Assembly (NCBI GenBank): GCA_027011095.1 | Contig: JALVAQ010000492.1 | Span: 1-47,202, forward strand | Direction of reading: 5' to 3' | DNA length: 47,202 bases | Source: Bacteroidales bacterium | GTDB lineage: Bacteria > Bacteroidota > Bacteroidia > Bacteroidales > F082 | Shown: positions 7,667 to 16,828 of the stretch, piece by piece | How positions within the stretch are numbered: the first letter of the stretch is position 1 | Layout of the letters: every line of letters starts with the position of its first letter | Program-made: the position numbers and the translations under genes | Notes under the pieces: model-generated | What the model was told of the DNA's origin: nothing | Seen by the model: only the letters and a program-made list of their open reading frames with translations | Databases searched by the model: none

Positions 7667-9340
7667 TTAATACCTAAAACTACTGCCATCCAAAAACTCA
7701 CGCAAAATGGAAGTGGGTGGTATTTCGCGGGTTCCTATTCGTTTAAAATAGGCCAGAAATTTTAACAGCCGGCGTGCTTCGGCATATTCGGGCACATTGG
7801 GTGGCACATCGCGTAAAAGCGGTTCAGCCCACTGTTTTAAAACACCCAACTCATAAGGCAGCGCTGTGTTGTACATTACATCGGCTTCCTCCTGATATGG
7901 GAAAATGTGCTTTTCCTCTCCTTTGCGAACACTGGGCCACCGTTGTATTGTTTCCAGCGCAGTATATTTACGATATCTGCTATCGCGAACAATCCGGCGG
8001 ATTAAACGATTATCGGTGGTTGGTATGCGGTTGTTACTATCAAGATTGATGGGCGTTAGGGCTGATACATAAACTTTAAACTTCCGTTCTTTGGGTATTA
8101 ATTTGGAAATATCCGGATTGAGGCCGTGAATACCTTCAACAATGATGATGCCGTTGTTATCCAGTTTAAGTTTTGTTCCATCATACACCCGTTTCCCTTC
8201 GGAAAACGAAAAGCCGGGAACATCAATTTCCTTTCCGGCAATTAAATCCAGCACATTTTCATTAAAAAGTTTAATGTCCAATGCTTCAGGACTTTCAAAA
8301 TCATAGTTACCGTTTTCATCAAGAGGAGTTTGGTCGCGATTTACAAAGTAATTGTCCATGGATATAACCACCGGCTTAAAACCGATAACAGCAAGTTGAA
8401 TAGCAAGCCGTTTTGCAAAAGTGGTTTTTCCGGAAGAGGAAGGGCCTGAAATAAATACAACTTTCGTTGTTCTCTTTTTGTGAATCGTATCGGCAATACA
8501 GGCTATCTTTTTCTCCTGAAGTGCTTCCGACACCTTAATAATATCGCCATACTTTTTGTCTAAAACCAATTCGTTTAAGGTACCCACATTGGGGACACCT
8601 ATTATTTCGACCCAATCTTTAAACTCCTGAAAAATTTCGAAAAGCTTGTTTTTAGCAACTACATTTTTAAACTTTTCAGGATTAACTTTCGAGGGTAAGA
8701 CCAACAGCATGCCGTTAAAATATTTAACCAAATCGAATCGCTTTAACAAGCCTGTTGAATGGATTAAAAAACCGTAAAAGTAGTTAACCACATTGTCGAG
8801 CCTGTAAACCGAACTAAAAAACTGGTTACGGGTTCGGATAAGCTTACATTTATCGTCAAGGCCAAAGGCTTCAAATATTTCCAGGGCTTTTTCAGTTCGC
8901 AACTCTTCACGCTCAAAGGGAATATCCTTTTTGATAATTTCTTTCATTTGCACCTGAAGCTGCTTAATAATTTTAGGCAGGCTACGTTTATCGGTCAATC
9001 CTTCCAGCTCGCAATACAACCCTCCCGAAGCCGAGTGCTCTATTTTTAATTTATATTCGGGAAATAAATCGTAAACGGCTTTGAACAACACCATGGACAA
9101 CGACCGTTCGTACATACGATGACCTGCCGGATGACTATACCCGATAAAATTTACTACTTTAGGTTTGTAAATCATATAATCCAGCTCCTTGAGGGTATTG
9201 TTTACAATGGCTCCTAAAATATCCTCTCCGATGTATATTTGCATATCCTCATAAATATCGTACAGCGTGGTACCAAAAGGATACTTTTTTTCCGTTTGAT
9301 TGTTTTCGCAATAAACGGTTATTTGATTTGGATTTTTCAT
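7667..9340 (-). CDS. Nucleoside/uridine-kinase family protein with a long N-terminal (TGS / tRNA-synthetase-additional-domain-like) extension
   Basis: 557 aa. Walker A VVFISGPSSSGKTTFAKRL followed by ISMDNYF, as in the PRK/Udk family. The N-terminal ~280 aa is an extra domain. Confidence 0.7.
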   Translation of the reverse strand: MKNPNQITVYCENNQTEKKYPFGTTLYDIYEDMQIYIGEDILGAIVNNTLKELDYMIYKPKVVNFIGYSHPAGHRMYERSLSMVLFKAVYDLFPEYKLKIEHSASGGLYCELEGLTDKRSLPKIIKQLQVQMKEIIKKDIPFEREELRTEKALEIFEAFGLDDKCKLIRTRNQFFSSVYRLDNVVNYFYGFLIHSTGLLKRFDLVKYFNGMLLVLPSKVNPEKFKNVVAKNKLFEIFQEFKDWVEIIGVPNVGTLNELVLDKKYGDIIKVSEALQEKKIACIADTIHKKRTTKVVFISGPSSSGKTTFAKRLAIQLAVIGFKPVVISMDNYFVNRDQTPLDENGNYDFESPEALDIKLFNENVLDLIAGKEIDVPGFSFSEGKRVYDGTKLKLDNNGIIIVEGIHGLNPDISKLIPKERKFKVYVSALTPINLDSNNRIPTTDNRLIRRIVRDSRYRKYTALETIQRWPSVRKGEEKHIFPYQEEADVMYNTALPYELGVLKQWAEPLLRDVPPNVPEYAEARRLLKFLAYFKRIGTREIPPTSILREFLDGSSFRY

Positions 9341-9367
9341 CTGTTTTATTTCATCTGTTTTATTTCA
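9337..9367. repeat. 14-bp tandem duplication (TCATCTGTTTTATT x2 plus a partial copy) across the S46-stop / kinase-start junction
   Basis: Copies at 9337-9350 and 9351-9364 are identical, followed by TCA. Copy 1 holds the kinase ATG; copy 2 creates the mini-ORF ATG-AAA-TAA (9354-9346). Confidence 0.9.
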
Positions 9368-11525
9368 CCAGGTTCATTTCATCAAGCAGATAGCCTGCTC
9401 CGGCAAATTTGTCAACAATAAAAAGAAAATAACGAATGTCTAGTGATATATTTCGGCAAACTGTGGGGTCGTACATCAAATCGCTCATGGTTCCTTCCCA
9501 ACAACGGTCGAAGTTAACGCCAATCAGCTGCCCGTCGGCATTGAGTACCGGGCTTCCTGAGTTCCCGCCGGTGGTGTGGTTGGTGGCAACAAAACAAATA
9601 TGAAGCTTGCCATCGGCACCGGCATATTGTCCGTAATCTTTATTATTATAAAGCTCTTTTAATTTTTCTTCCACTACATAATCGTAAATATTGGGGTTTT
9701 CCTTTTCCATAATTCCCTCCAGTGTTGTGCTGTATCCGTATTCCACGGCATCTTTGGGTGAATAGCCTTCCACATCGCCATAAGTTACCCGCAGCGTAAA
9801 GTTGGCATCGGGGTAAAATGTTTTACCCGAAAGCATGTCCATCTGCCCTTTCATGTAAATACGCATCAAACTGTCGATGGTACCGTTTACATCCGCACGT
9901 TGCTGTTTTATGTTCATTTTGTACAATGTTAAAACATCATTAGCCATTTTATAAGCGGGATCCTTTAGCAACTTTTTATAATTATTGCGTTTATAGTTTT
10001 TCAGAAATTCGATAGTTTTATCCCGGTCATCCAAAAAGCTTTTCTTAAAAACATAGTTGGTATAAGCGGTATAATTGCTATGGTATTTATTATGAATGGT
10101 TTTAAAAAAAGCAGGCTTAAAGCTATCAGGTTGATTTTCATCGTAAAGCTTTAGCATGGCAGCCATAACTTCTTTGTCGATGGGTTTATAATAATCTTTA
10201 AAAAAGCTTGTTACATACCGTTGAAGTTTATCGGTTTCTGTTTGTATTTCTTCCGGGGTACTATTTTTATCGCTGCTTAATGTAACCAGCTTTTCAAAAT
10301 TGCGGGCATAGTTAACAAGCTCGATGGATAGCCCCGATTCTCTAACGTAATCGTAAGCCAGATTTAGCGGCTGCAGTTGATTATACGCGGTTTTAAAGGC
10401 CGGTAACAAGTCGCCGTAATCGCGTTGCAATTCAGGTGAATTGTTGGCCCATTGTTGAAATTGGTCTTCAAAAGCCTCCTTTTTCTCGATGCCATGCAAC
10501 CGTTTAATACCCCGGCTTTCTCCAATCATTTTTTTCCAATAGTTGGCCACGCGGGCATCTTTGGATGCATATTGAATCCTGACTTTAGGATCGTTAACAG
10601 AATACTTATTAAAGATGTCAAGACGGGTTTGACGGAGTTTAATTTTTTGCGGGTTTTCAATTTCCGTTATCAGTTTTATGGCATACGATGGCAGGTATTC
10701 GTTGGTTCGGGCAGGGTAGCCGAAAACAAAACTAAAGTCGCCCCGGCTAACTCCTTTTAATGAAATAGGGAAATAGTATTTTGGCTGATAAGGCACATTA
10801 TTTTCGGAATATTCGGCGGGCTTTCCATCGGGAGCCGTGTAAATTCTGAATAACGAGAAATCGCCGGTATGGCGTGGCCACATCCAGTTATCGGTATCAC
10901 CGCCAAATTTGCCGATGTTTGACGGGGGTGTGCCAACAAGGCGAATATCCTTAAAAGTTTCGGTAACAATCATATAATATTGATTTCCCTTAAAAAATGA
11001 TTTAATTCTTGCCTGATACTCCGAACCGGATTCAAAGTCGCTAACAATTTGTTTGCTGTTTTCGGCAATTTTTGCTTCCCGTTGTTTTTCGGTCATATCA
11101 TCGGTAACTCCGTTGAGCACCTCTTGGGTAACTTCTTCCATCCTTACCATTAAGGTGGCCGTTAATCCGGGGTTGACCAATTCTTCTTTTTTGTTCATGG
11201 CCCAAAAGCCATTGGTAAGGTAATCGTGTTCCACCGAGCTGTGCTGCTGAATGGCACTGTATCCGCAGTGATGATTGGTAAGCAGCAACCCGTCTTTGGA
11301 TATGATTTCAGAGGTACAGCCTCGTCCGAAAAGTAAAATGGCATCCTTAAGGCTGGAATGATTGATGGAGTAAATATCATCGGCGCTGATATTCATCCCC
11401 ATGGCTTTCATCTGTTTTTCGTTGAGTTGTTTCAACAACATGGGAATCCACATGCCCTCGCCGGCGGTTAAATAATTTGCTGCTAAGGAAAAAATAAAAA
11501 TCAGGGTTAAAAATTTTGCTTTCAT
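9360..11525 (-). CDS. S46 family dipeptidyl-peptidase (DPP7/DPP11-like serine peptidase)
   Basis: 721 aa with a signal peptide followed by GEGMWIP. Catalytic-type motifs are LLTNHHCG and TTGGNSGSPV. The large helical insert is typical of S46. Confidence 0.9.
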   Translation of the reverse strand: MKAKFLTLIFIFSLAANYLTAGEGMWIPMLLKQLNEKQMKAMGMNISADDIYSINHSSLKDAILLFGRGCTSEIISKDGLLLTNHHCGYSAIQQHSSVEHDYLTNGFWAMNKKEELVNPGLTATLMVRMEEVTQEVLNGVTDDMTEKQREAKIAENSKQIVSDFESGSEYQARIKSFFKGNQYYMIVTETFKDIRLVGTPPSNIGKFGGDTDNWMWPRHTGDFSLFRIYTAPDGKPAEYSENNVPYQPKYYFPISLKGVSRGDFSFVFGYPARTNEYLPSYAIKLITEIENPQKIKLRQTRLDIFNKYSVNDPKVRIQYASKDARVANYWKKMIGESRGIKRLHGIEKKEAFEDQFQQWANNSPELQRDYGDLLPAFKTAYNQLQPLNLAYDYVRESGLSIELVNYARNFEKLVTLSSDKNSTPEEIQTETDKLQRYVTSFFKDYYKPIDKEVMAAMLKLYDENQPDSFKPAFFKTIHNKYHSNYTAYTNYVFKKSFLDDRDKTIEFLKNYKRNNYKKLLKDPAYKMANDVLTLYKMNIKQQRADVNGTIDSLMRIYMKGQMDMLSGKTFYPDANFTLRVTYGDVEGYSPKDAVEYGYSTTLEGIMEKENPNIYDYVVEEKLKELYNNKDYGQYAGADGKLHICFVATNHTTGGNSGSPVLNADGQLIGVNFDRCWEGTMSDLMYDPTVCRNISLDIRYFLFIVDKFAGAGYLLDEMNLVK

Positions 11526-11559
11526 TGGAATTATTGTTTTTCGACTTATTAATTTTATT

Positions 11560-11567
11560 CAAAAATA
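11560..11567 (-). promoter_or_regulatory. -7 promoter box TATTTTTG for the S46 peptidase gene
   Basis: Plus strand CAAAAATA, 35 nt upstream of the ATG at 11525. Confidence 0.5.
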
Positions 11568-11681
11568 GTAATTAATAGCTATTCGACTTTGAATTTATCT
11601 TCCTGCCATTTGGAAGGGTTGTTTTTTATATAATTTTTGAATATCGAAATTTCCCGGTGTGTTGCCTTTCACCAAAATCGC

Positions 11682-12209
11682 CTAAATAACATCTTTAGGA
11701 TCGGGCAGGCTCTTTTTCAGTTCTTCAAGATTGAACTTTTCATAAACCCATGGGGCAACAGGCTCTATATTTTTGTATAAAACCGATTGGGTACGAGCCT
11801 CTTTTTTGATGATGGAAGCGTTGGTATCGAAATAGTTAATTAAAAAAATAAGAATGCTTAGCAGCAAGGCACCTTTCAAAATGCCAAACAGGGCGCCGGC
11901 CAATTTGTTTATGATGCCGAGCATAAGCAAATTGACTATTTTTTCGAGCAGTTTACCGATAATCATTACTATAACGAGTACTGCAATAAAGGTTACAATA
12001 AAAGCGATGATGTTTAAATACTCCTTGCTGATGTTGAAGGAGCCGGTAAGCAAATTGGCGGTAAAATCGGAAAAAAAGAGCGCCGCATAAATGCCGAGAA
12101 GCAATGCTGCCAGAGTGGCAACTTCGATAATAATTCCCTTTTTGTACCCGTTAAAAGCAAACAACAGCAGAGGGATAAGAAGTATTAAGTCAAGTAAATT
12201 AATATTCAT
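11682..12209 (-). CDS. cvpA: CvpA family membrane protein
   Basis: 175 aa with four hydrophobic helices. The start MNINLLDLILLIPLLLFAFNGYKKG matches the usual CvpA N-terminus. Confidence 0.75.
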   Translation of the reverse strand: MNINLLDLILLIPLLLFAFNGYKKGIIIEVATLAALLLGIYAALFFSDFTANLLTGSFNISKEYLNIIAFIVTFIAVLVIVMIIGKLLEKIVNLLMLGIINKLAGALFGILKGALLLSILIFLINYFDTNASIIKKEARTQSVLYKNIEPVAPWVYEKFNLEELKKSLPDPKDVI

Positions 12210-12216
12210 AAACAGG

Positions 12217-12966
12217 TTATTTGGTTTTTAAACGCCGGGTTAATTCGGTTGAAAAAACAAAGTTATTCAACTCGGCGTTATCGGTTTTCATAATTTCTTT
12301 GTTGGTACCTGTCCACCAAAGCTCTCCTTTGTGAATGTAGTTTATACGCTGGCCGATTTGCAACACCGAATTCATATCGTGGGTATTAATTACGGTGGTC
12401 ATGTTAAACTCTTCGGTAAGGTCGGATAGCAGTTTATCAATAACTTCGGATGTTTTGGGGTCGAGGCCGGAGTTTGGTTCATCGGCAAAAAGATATTTTG
12501 GAATTAACACAATGGCTCTTGCAATGGCTACCCGTTTAATCATTCCGCCCGAAAGCTCACCCGGAAATTTGTTGTTTGAACCGGGCAGGTTTACGTGGTC
12601 GAGCACATAGTTAACCCGTTTTGCCTTTTCGCCGGCAGTCATGTTGGTGAACATATTAAGCGGGAACATTACATTTTCCTCTACGCTGTACGAATCGAAC
12701 AAAGCACCTCCCTGAAAAAGTACCCCCATCTCCTTTCGGATATGTTTTCGCTTTTTTTCGCTAATGTTTGAAAACAGGCGGCCATCGAATTTAATTTCAC
12801 CTCTGTCAACATCGTGCAGTCCGATACAGCTTTTCATCAGAACTGTTTTTCCGGAACCGCTTTGGCCGATAATCAGGTTTGTTTTTCCCTGTTCAAACAC
12901 GGTGGAAACATTTTTGAGAACTTTAACGCCGTCAAACGACTTATCTATGTGAGAAACTTCTATCAT
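12217..12966 (-). CDS. mlaF: ABC transporter ATP-binding protein, MlaF-like
   Basis: Walker A GQSGSGKT, signature LSGGMIKR, Walker B LFADEP. I prefer the ATG at 12966 (MIEVSHIDKSF), which forms an ATGA overlap with the mlaE stop, over the track start at 12999. Confidence 0.85.
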   Translation of the reverse strand: MIEVSHIDKSFDGVKVLKNVSTVFEQGKTNLIIGQSGSGKTVLMKSCIGLHDVDRGEIKFDGRLFSNISEKKRKHIRKEMGVLFQGGALFDSYSVEENVMFPLNMFTNMTAGEKAKRVNYVLDHVNLPGSNNKFPGELSGGMIKRVAIARAIVLIPKYLFADEPNSGLDPKTSEVIDKLLSDLTEEFNMTTVINTHDMNSVLQIGQRINYIHKGELWWTGTNKEIMKTDNAELNNFVFSTELTRRLKTK

Positions 12967-13703
12967 ACAAGTAATAATTGAGTTAAAATCAAGTCCCACA
13001 CAATAATTAATATACTGCTGTACACCACAGCCTTGGTGCTGTTTCGGCCTACCTCAACCGAGCCGCCTTTAACGGTATATCCCATATAGCCCGAAATGGA
13101 AGTGATAATAACGGCAAAAACCACTGTTTTTATCAAGGCGTAAGTAAGCGAAAAGGGGTTGAACCACGAGCGCAGCCCCACAATAAAATCATCGCTTGGA
13201 ACCAAGCCCGAAAATACACCGGCCATCCACCCACCTATTAACCCCAGCAAAATTGAAAAAACGATAAGCACCGGAAAATAGAGCATGGCGGCAATCATTT
13301 TAGGAAGGATTAAATAGTTTGGCGGATTGATGCCCATTACGCGCAGTGCGTCAATTTGCTCGGTAACGCGCATGGTACCAATTTCGGAGGCAATAAGCGA
13401 ACCCACTTTCCCGGCCAATATCAGGCTGATGATGGTAGGGGCAAATTCCAGCACCATCATTTCGCGGGTCATGTAACCAACCATTGAGGCAGGAATAAGC
13501 GGATTATCAAGATTATAGGAAACCTGCAATGCAATAATGGCTCCGGTAAATATGGAGATAAAGGCCACCAGCCCAATGGAGTCGCTTCCCATGTGGCGCA
13601 TATCAATAAGCAGCTGATGCCTAAACATCTTCCATTTATCAGGACGCCTGAGGGTTTCAAGCATCAACAGTACATATTCTCCCGATTCTCTTATTAATGA
13701 CAT
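12963..13703 (-). CDS. mlaE: MlaE family ABC transporter permease
   Basis: 246 aa polytopic membrane protein with the conserved MRVTEQIDALRVMGI motif of MlaE/Ttg2B permeases. Confidence 0.85.
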   Translation of the reverse strand: MSLIRESGEYVLLMLETLRRPDKWKMFRHQLLIDMRHMGSDSIGLVAFISIFTGAIIALQVSYNLDNPLIPASMVGYMTREMMVLEFAPTIISLILAGKVGSLIASEIGTMRVTEQIDALRVMGINPPNYLILPKMIAAMLYFPVLIVFSILLGLIGGWMAGVFSGLVPSDDFIVGLRSWFNPFSLTYALIKTVVFAVIITSISGYMGYTVKGGSVEVGRNSTKAVVYSSILIIVWDLILTQLLLV

Positions 13704-13738
13704 AACTCGCTGCTAAAGTAAAAAAGAAATTCGCTTTA

Positions 13739-13746
13739 CAAAGATA
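13739..13746 (-). promoter_or_regulatory. -7 promoter box TATCTTTG for mlaE-mlaF-cvpA
   Basis: Plus strand CAAAGATA, 36 nt upstream of the ATG at 13703. Confidence 0.5.
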
Positions 13747-13802
13747 GGCATAATAAAAAAAGCTGTTTCTTTATAAACGTTAAACAAACCGATTTATTAA
13801 AA

Positions 13803-13976
13803 ATGAAACACCTTATTTATATAGTACTGTTTCTTCTTGTCTTTCTGGCAGGATGCTCTTCATCGCGTAAGGTTCAGCATCACAAAAAGCGAAAACCTCA
13901 CGGTTGTAACTGTTCCAAATGGTCGTACAACCAATTGCAGCACGAAAACATCTTTATATTGACCATCTTTACTTAA
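13803..13976 (+). CDS. Candidate 57-aa lipoprotein (below the ORF-track size cutoff)
   Basis: My translation is MKHLIYIVLFLLVFLAGCSSSRKVQHHKKRKPHGCNCSKWSYNQLQHENIFILTIFT. It has a signal peptide with the lipobox LAGC. No -7 box was found upstream. Confidence 0.4.
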   Translation: MKHLIYIVLFLLVFLAGCSSSRKVQHHKKRKPHGCNCSKWSYNQLQHENIFILTIFT

Positions 13977-14014
13977 TAAGAAAAATATGTAAACACTACA
14001 ATTAAAGTTACCCT

Positions 14015-15568
14015 ATGAAATATTTAGCCTCTTTTATCTTGCTTTTCTATGTTTCCTCTCTTTTCGGGCAATATCAAAACATTATAATTGATGATGAAGG
14101 TAGTCCGCACGAAACTTCCATTATGCTTAATCCGGGCAACACCAACCAGTTGGTTGCCGGAGCTAATATTAATTACTATTATTATTCGGAAGATGGAGGA
14201 TACAATTGGACAAAAGGAACATTGGTTTCGCTTGAATACGGGGTTTGGGGCGACCCATGTATTGTTGTAGATACAACGGGCTTTTTTTATTATGTTCATC
14301 TATCTAATCCGCCCAGTGGCACTAAGCTGGATCGTATTGTTACACAAAAATTTGATTTCTCAAGCCATACCTGGAATGACGGTAGCGCTATGGGGTTAAA
14401 CGGAAATAAAGATCAGGATAAATCATGGGCTGCGATTGACCATTCAAACAATAACATTTATGTTACCTGGACACAGTTTGATAATTATGGGTCAGGCAAT
14501 CCGCTTGATAGCTCAAATATTATGTTTAGCAAGTCGGTTGACGGAGGAGAAACATGGAGTATTTCAAAAAAAATTAATCAGGTGTCAGGCGATTGCAAAG
14601 ATTTCGACAATACCGTAGAAGGAGCCGTTCCGTGTGTAGGTCCTGAAGGAGAGATTTACGTTTCATGGGCAGGGCCTGAGGGAATTGTTTTCGACCGCTC
14701 ATTGGATGGTGGTGATACGTGGCTCAGCAATGATATTTTTGTAAGCGACCAGCCGGGTGGGTGGAGTTATTCAATTGGTGGATTGTCTCGTTGTAATGGT
14801 ATGCCAGTTACTTGTTGCGACATTAGTAATTCACCATTTCACGGTAACATATATATTAACTGGACAGACCAACGCAATGGAGATGTCGATGTTTTTATTG
14901 CCAAATCAACAGATGGTGGCAACACCTGGTCGGCACCTGTAAGGGTTAATGATGATCCTTCCGGAAATGATCAATTTTTTTCGTGGATGACAATAGACAG
15001 GGCAAATGGTGATATTTATGTAATATTTTATGATAGAAGGGGTTATTATAACAATTACACAGATGTTTATATTGCTCGCTCAACAGATGGAGGCGAAACC
15101 TTTGAAAACTTAAAAATAAGTGAATCACCTTTTTTTCCTTATTCAAGCTACTTTTTTGGCGATTATACCAATATAACAGCATACAATGGCAAAGTAAGGC
15201 CTATTTGGACACGACTTCAAAATGGTAATTTTTCAATATTAACAGCAATCGTTGACTTTACCGTGGGCACACAGGAAAACCACAAACCAACTTTGTTGCC
15301 GGTTTCTATTCAACAAAATTATCCCAACCCGTTTAAAGAGTCAACTACATTGTCTTTTAGATTAAATGAGCATTCTTTGGTAAATTTATATGTGCTTGAT
15401 GTTACAGGTCGTAAAGTAGCCACCTTAATTGATAATGAAGACAAAAATAGCGGAGAATACATTGAGCACTTTAACGCCTTACAGCATGGTTTACAAGGAG
15501 GAATTTACTACTTTGTTCTAACAACAAACCATTCTTTTAACATGCAAAAAATAGTGCTTGTTAACTGA
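14015..15568 (+). CDS. BNR/Asp-box repeat (sialidase-fold) protein with a T9SS C-terminal sorting domain
   Basis: Five S-x-D-x-G-x-T-W type boxes (SEDGGYNW, SVDGGETW, SLDGGDTW, STDGGNTW, STDGGETF). The C-terminus reads QNYPNPFKESTTLSF...GIYYFVLTT...KIVLVN. Confidence 0.8.
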   Translation: MKYLASFILLFYVSSLFGQYQNIIIDDEGSPHETSIMLNPGNTNQLVAGANINYYYYSEDGGYNWTKGTLVSLEYGVWGDPCIVVDTTGFFYYVHLSNPPSGTKLDRIVTQKFDFSSHTWNDGSAMGLNGNKDQDKSWAAIDHSNNNIYVTWTQFDNYGSGNPLDSSNIMFSKSVDGGETWSISKKINQVSGDCKDFDNTVEGAVPCVGPEGEIYVSWAGPEGIVFDRSLDGGDTWLSNDIFVSDQPGGWSYSIGGLSRCNGMPVTCCDISNSPFHGNIYINWTDQRNGDVDVFIAKSTDGGNTWSAPVRVNDDPSGNDQFFSWMTIDRANGDIYVIFYDRRGYYNNYTDVYIARSTDGGETFENLKISESPFFPYSSYFFGDYTNITAYNGKVRPIWTRLQNGNFSILTAIVDFTVGTQENHKPTLLPVSIQQNYPNPFKESTTLSFRLNEHSLVNLYVLDVTGRKVATLIDNEDKNSGEYIEHFNALQHGLQGGIYYFVLTTNHSFNMQKIVLVN

Positions 15569-15593
15569 CAGGTTCTGTCAAAAAACTATTTGT

Positions 15594-16811
15594 TTATCGA
15601 ACCGAATTGTTTTCGTATCCTTTACCCGGTTTTGACCAACCGTTTTCCTCAAGGCTTGTTGACATGGATGTGATGCAGTGGATTTTTGAAACCCCTGCCA
15701 TTATTAATTTTCCGGTATGGGTTATTGCCGGAGGAAAAACGCCGGCTTTCAAATCATCATCAAGGGTCGAAAATTTAATGGACAACTTTTCGCCGGTGGC
15801 GGCATCAATGGCAAACAATTTTACATCGAGAGTAGCACCCCAACCGTACAAAATATTGTTGTTTCCCAACGTAAACGATAATCTCGAATCAACCGAACTG
15901 CGCCACTTTTCGTTTCCGTTTTCATCAAAACATATAAGCGGGCCGGCAGCAAAAACAACATCATTGTCGGGCAAAATGGTTACTCCCCCGCTTGCCAGAT
16001 ACCGATTGCTTTTTTCATTTTCGGGATTGTATTGCCAACGTAAACTACCGCTGTTACCATCAACAGAAAGCAAAATACCTTCGTAAGTTGAGTAATAAAC
16101 ATTTCCATTGCCGTCAACACTTAAATCTTCACCGGCAATATTTGTGTCGGGTACAAATTTCCAAAGTTGATTACCACTATCAATGTTTACTGCAACTAAA
16201 TCTGTCCTATTATCAAATACATCATATAAAAGTATATACAGCTTGTTACCATACGCAGCTATTCCCGTTTCAAAAAGGTAATTTTTGCACGGCTTATGCC
16301 ACAACAGTTTTCCACCAGCATCCAGCTTTGCCAATTCAATGTTGGCCATATCGTTATATGTAATCCACACCTCTCCATTTTTAACAACTATATCCTGAAT
16401 GGATTCCCTATCATTTAGCTGATATTTCCAAACCTGTGTTCCATCACTGCGTTTGTAGCAAAAAACAATTTGTTGGTTATAAAAGTATAGGTTTCCGTTG
16501 TTTAATATTACTGAGTTTGAACAGCTGTATCCGGGATAAAAAGCAGTGGGACATTTCCAGCGGATTTTACCTTCATCGTTTAGCGAAAAGAGCGTTACCG
16601 CAGGCTCATTGTAAAATTGTATGAAGTAGTAGCTGTTGTTATTATCATCGATGGCGGGAAGAGGTGCGTTATTGAGGTTCATAGGCCCTCCTGCATCCCA
16701 TGCCCAGACAGGCAGGGCAAACTTTTCTTTATCGGGAGCAGAATTTGTATTTTTTTTACACCCCGAAACAACAAACAACAAAAGGGACAATATTAATACA
16801 ATCTTTTTCAT
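15594..16811 (-). CDS. PQQ-like beta-propeller repeat lipoprotein
   Basis: Lipobox LFVVSGC. Repeated G-x-hydrophobic-W-K/R-hydrophobic blades (IRWKC, QVWKYQ, LLWHK, QLWKF, LRWQY, EKWRS). Confidence 0.65.
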   Translation of the reverse strand: MKKIVLILSLLLFVVSGCKKNTNSAPDKEKFALPVWAWDAGGPMNLNNAPLPAIDDNNNSYYFIQFYNEPAVTLFSLNDEGKIRWKCPTAFYPGYSCSNSVILNNGNLYFYNQQIVFCYKRSDGTQVWKYQLNDRESIQDIVVKNGEVWITYNDMANIELAKLDAGGKLLWHKPCKNYLFETGIAAYGNKLYILLYDVFDNRTDLVAVNIDSGNQLWKFVPDTNIAGEDLSVDGNGNVYYSTYEGILLSVDGNSGSLRWQYNPENEKSNRYLASGGVTILPDNDVVFAAGPLICFDENGNEKWRSSVDSRLSFTLGNNNILYGWGATLDVKLFAIDAATGEKLSIKFSTLDDDLKAGVFPPAITHTGKLIMAGVSKIHCITSMSTSLEENGWSKPGKGYENNSVR

Positions 16812-16828
16812 TTTAAAAAGCAGGTAGT

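Noticed and set aside
15566-15580. TGACAG-GTT-CTGTCA hairpin between the convergent BNR and propeller genes, as a terminator
   Set aside because: The A-run follows the hairpin on the plus strand and the T-run precedes it on the minus strand, which is the wrong polarity for either gene. The loop is only 3 nt.
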